Source: Atractiella rhizophila (Eukaryota). From it: a stretch of DNA of 64,000 nucleotides. Positions 62,769-64,000 of the stretch are shown in pieces. Numbering within the stretch: position 1 is the stretch's first letter; each line of letters opens with the position of its first letter. Below the pieces are notes generated by a model, which was not told the origin of the DNA, did not search any database, and was given only the letters and a program-made list of their open reading frames with translations. The stretch is taken from contig MU271323.1 in the NCBI GenBank assembly GCA_021432655.1, forward strand, positions 4,851 through 68,850. The letters are read 5' to 3'. A program made the position numbers and the translations under genes.

Positions 62769-64000
62769 GAACGGTAGACCCTCAGGGATATTGGTAGACC
62801 CTCGCGACACCTCGGTAGACCCTGGTCAAAAATGGTAGACCCTCAAAAATGACAGTAGACCCTCTCAAATTGAGGTTAGAATGTTAGCTACCGAGTGTGA
62901 TGTACCTTAGTCTGTCAACTTCAACATAAAATATTATCCTGCAAGTGCAAGCGTGACAAGAATACAGCAAAGCACAAGACCTCTGAGATGAGAGGAAAAG
63001 AAGTACAATGGAAGGAAAAAGCGCACCAGCGAACCCATTATCAATCCATCAAGCTTGATTTTTCGTCATTTAACTCTCTATTCACGTGCTTGTCCCGTTT
63101 CTCAAGCAGCACCAACAACCAACGGCGGCGGAAAAGGAGAGAGAGGAGCAATATCTTTGTCCTTGGCTTCGATTTTATAAGCTTTCCAGTCTTGAAAGGT
63201 GAGCTGCCCTACTCTAAGCCTTTGCTTGCCCCTTAAAGTTGCTTGCTTCCGGTGACTCTGCTTTTCACTGAGTACAATGGGTTGCTAAAGTGTTTTATAC
63301 ATTACATATGTTTTCTGGAGTGCTAAGATACGATTCTAGCCGGCAATGAGCAAAAATTTGAGGAAAAATCGCCGTAATGCAGTTGAGGAGGCAAGAGAGG
63401 CCGCTCGAAACTACAACGTCCTAACACAACATCCAGCTACAAAACAGCCTGCCCCATTCTCCTCAGAGCAAATTCATCAAATTCATGTGGACCTAGCTAT
63501 AGAAGTTCGGCCAGTGTTTGACTTCTGCCAGCTCCTTCGTGTTGATTATACTCCGAACCGATTCCTCGAGCTTCCCCATTATCTTAATCTTATAAACGAA
63601 GCAATCCAACAATATTCATCACTGAAGGAACAACTACCGCATGACTCTATATTCATACCAAACCTTTTACGCCTTAATGAGCTTCAAGACCAGCTGGCAC
63701 TTCTTGAGACGGGTGTGCATAGATTAGGCCCAAAGAAGTGTACATGGGTTATGGGAGAGAATGGACGAAAGGTGCTTGACATTGATCAAGATACAGTGGA
63801 ATTCTATCTGAAGGAAGCTTGGGATGATGAGTGAAGAGATTGCGACTGAGCTTGGTGTCTCTGAAAAAACTATCGATTGCCGGCGCAAGGAATGGGGATT
63901 GACACAAGACATTCTTAAGAATCCTGTCAGCGAAGACGTTCTCACCTATGTCATTTCAAAACTGTTATCCTCTGGCGATCGATACATTGGACTTCGAGGT
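62769..64000 (+). mobile_element. Second, inverted copy of the IS3EU-like element (transposase 5' part, runs off the window)
   Basis: 62789-64000 is a near-identical reverse complement of 61494-62705. ORFs 62988-63236 and 63346 onward mirror 62258-62506 and 62148 downward. Confidence 0.92.

Noticed and set aside
62258..63236. Twin 82-aa ORFs as real genes
   Set aside because: They lie in the transposase upstream region, lack motifs, and are identical only because of the inverted duplication.

Overview
A transposon-dense eukaryotic window, most likely from a basidiomycete fungus; this is inferred from short GT-AG introns, a FunK1 kinase, a KDZ transposase and chromodomain Gypsy elements. It has two N gaps. 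Most of the sequence is nested, decayed mobile DNA: MULE, Copia, hAT, Helitron, two Gypsy/chromoviruses, CACTA, KDZ and two head-to-head IS3EU-like copies. Host-type genes are few: an apparently intact FunK1 kinase, an HSP20 with one stop, and an F-box remnant. The most unusual locus is a co-oriented + strand unit at about 11.7-22.2 kb. It runs: palindromic tandem array, SNF2-like helicase gene, structured RNA region with a type I hammerhead ribozyme, endonuclease-less Penelope-like reverse transcriptase, DEDDh 3'-5' exonuclease ORF, structured 3' region. This resembles a fungal counterpart of the giant multi-ORF Penelope-like 'Terminon' retroelements. All family calls come from motif recognition by eye; no database searches were run, and boundaries of decayed elements are approximate.
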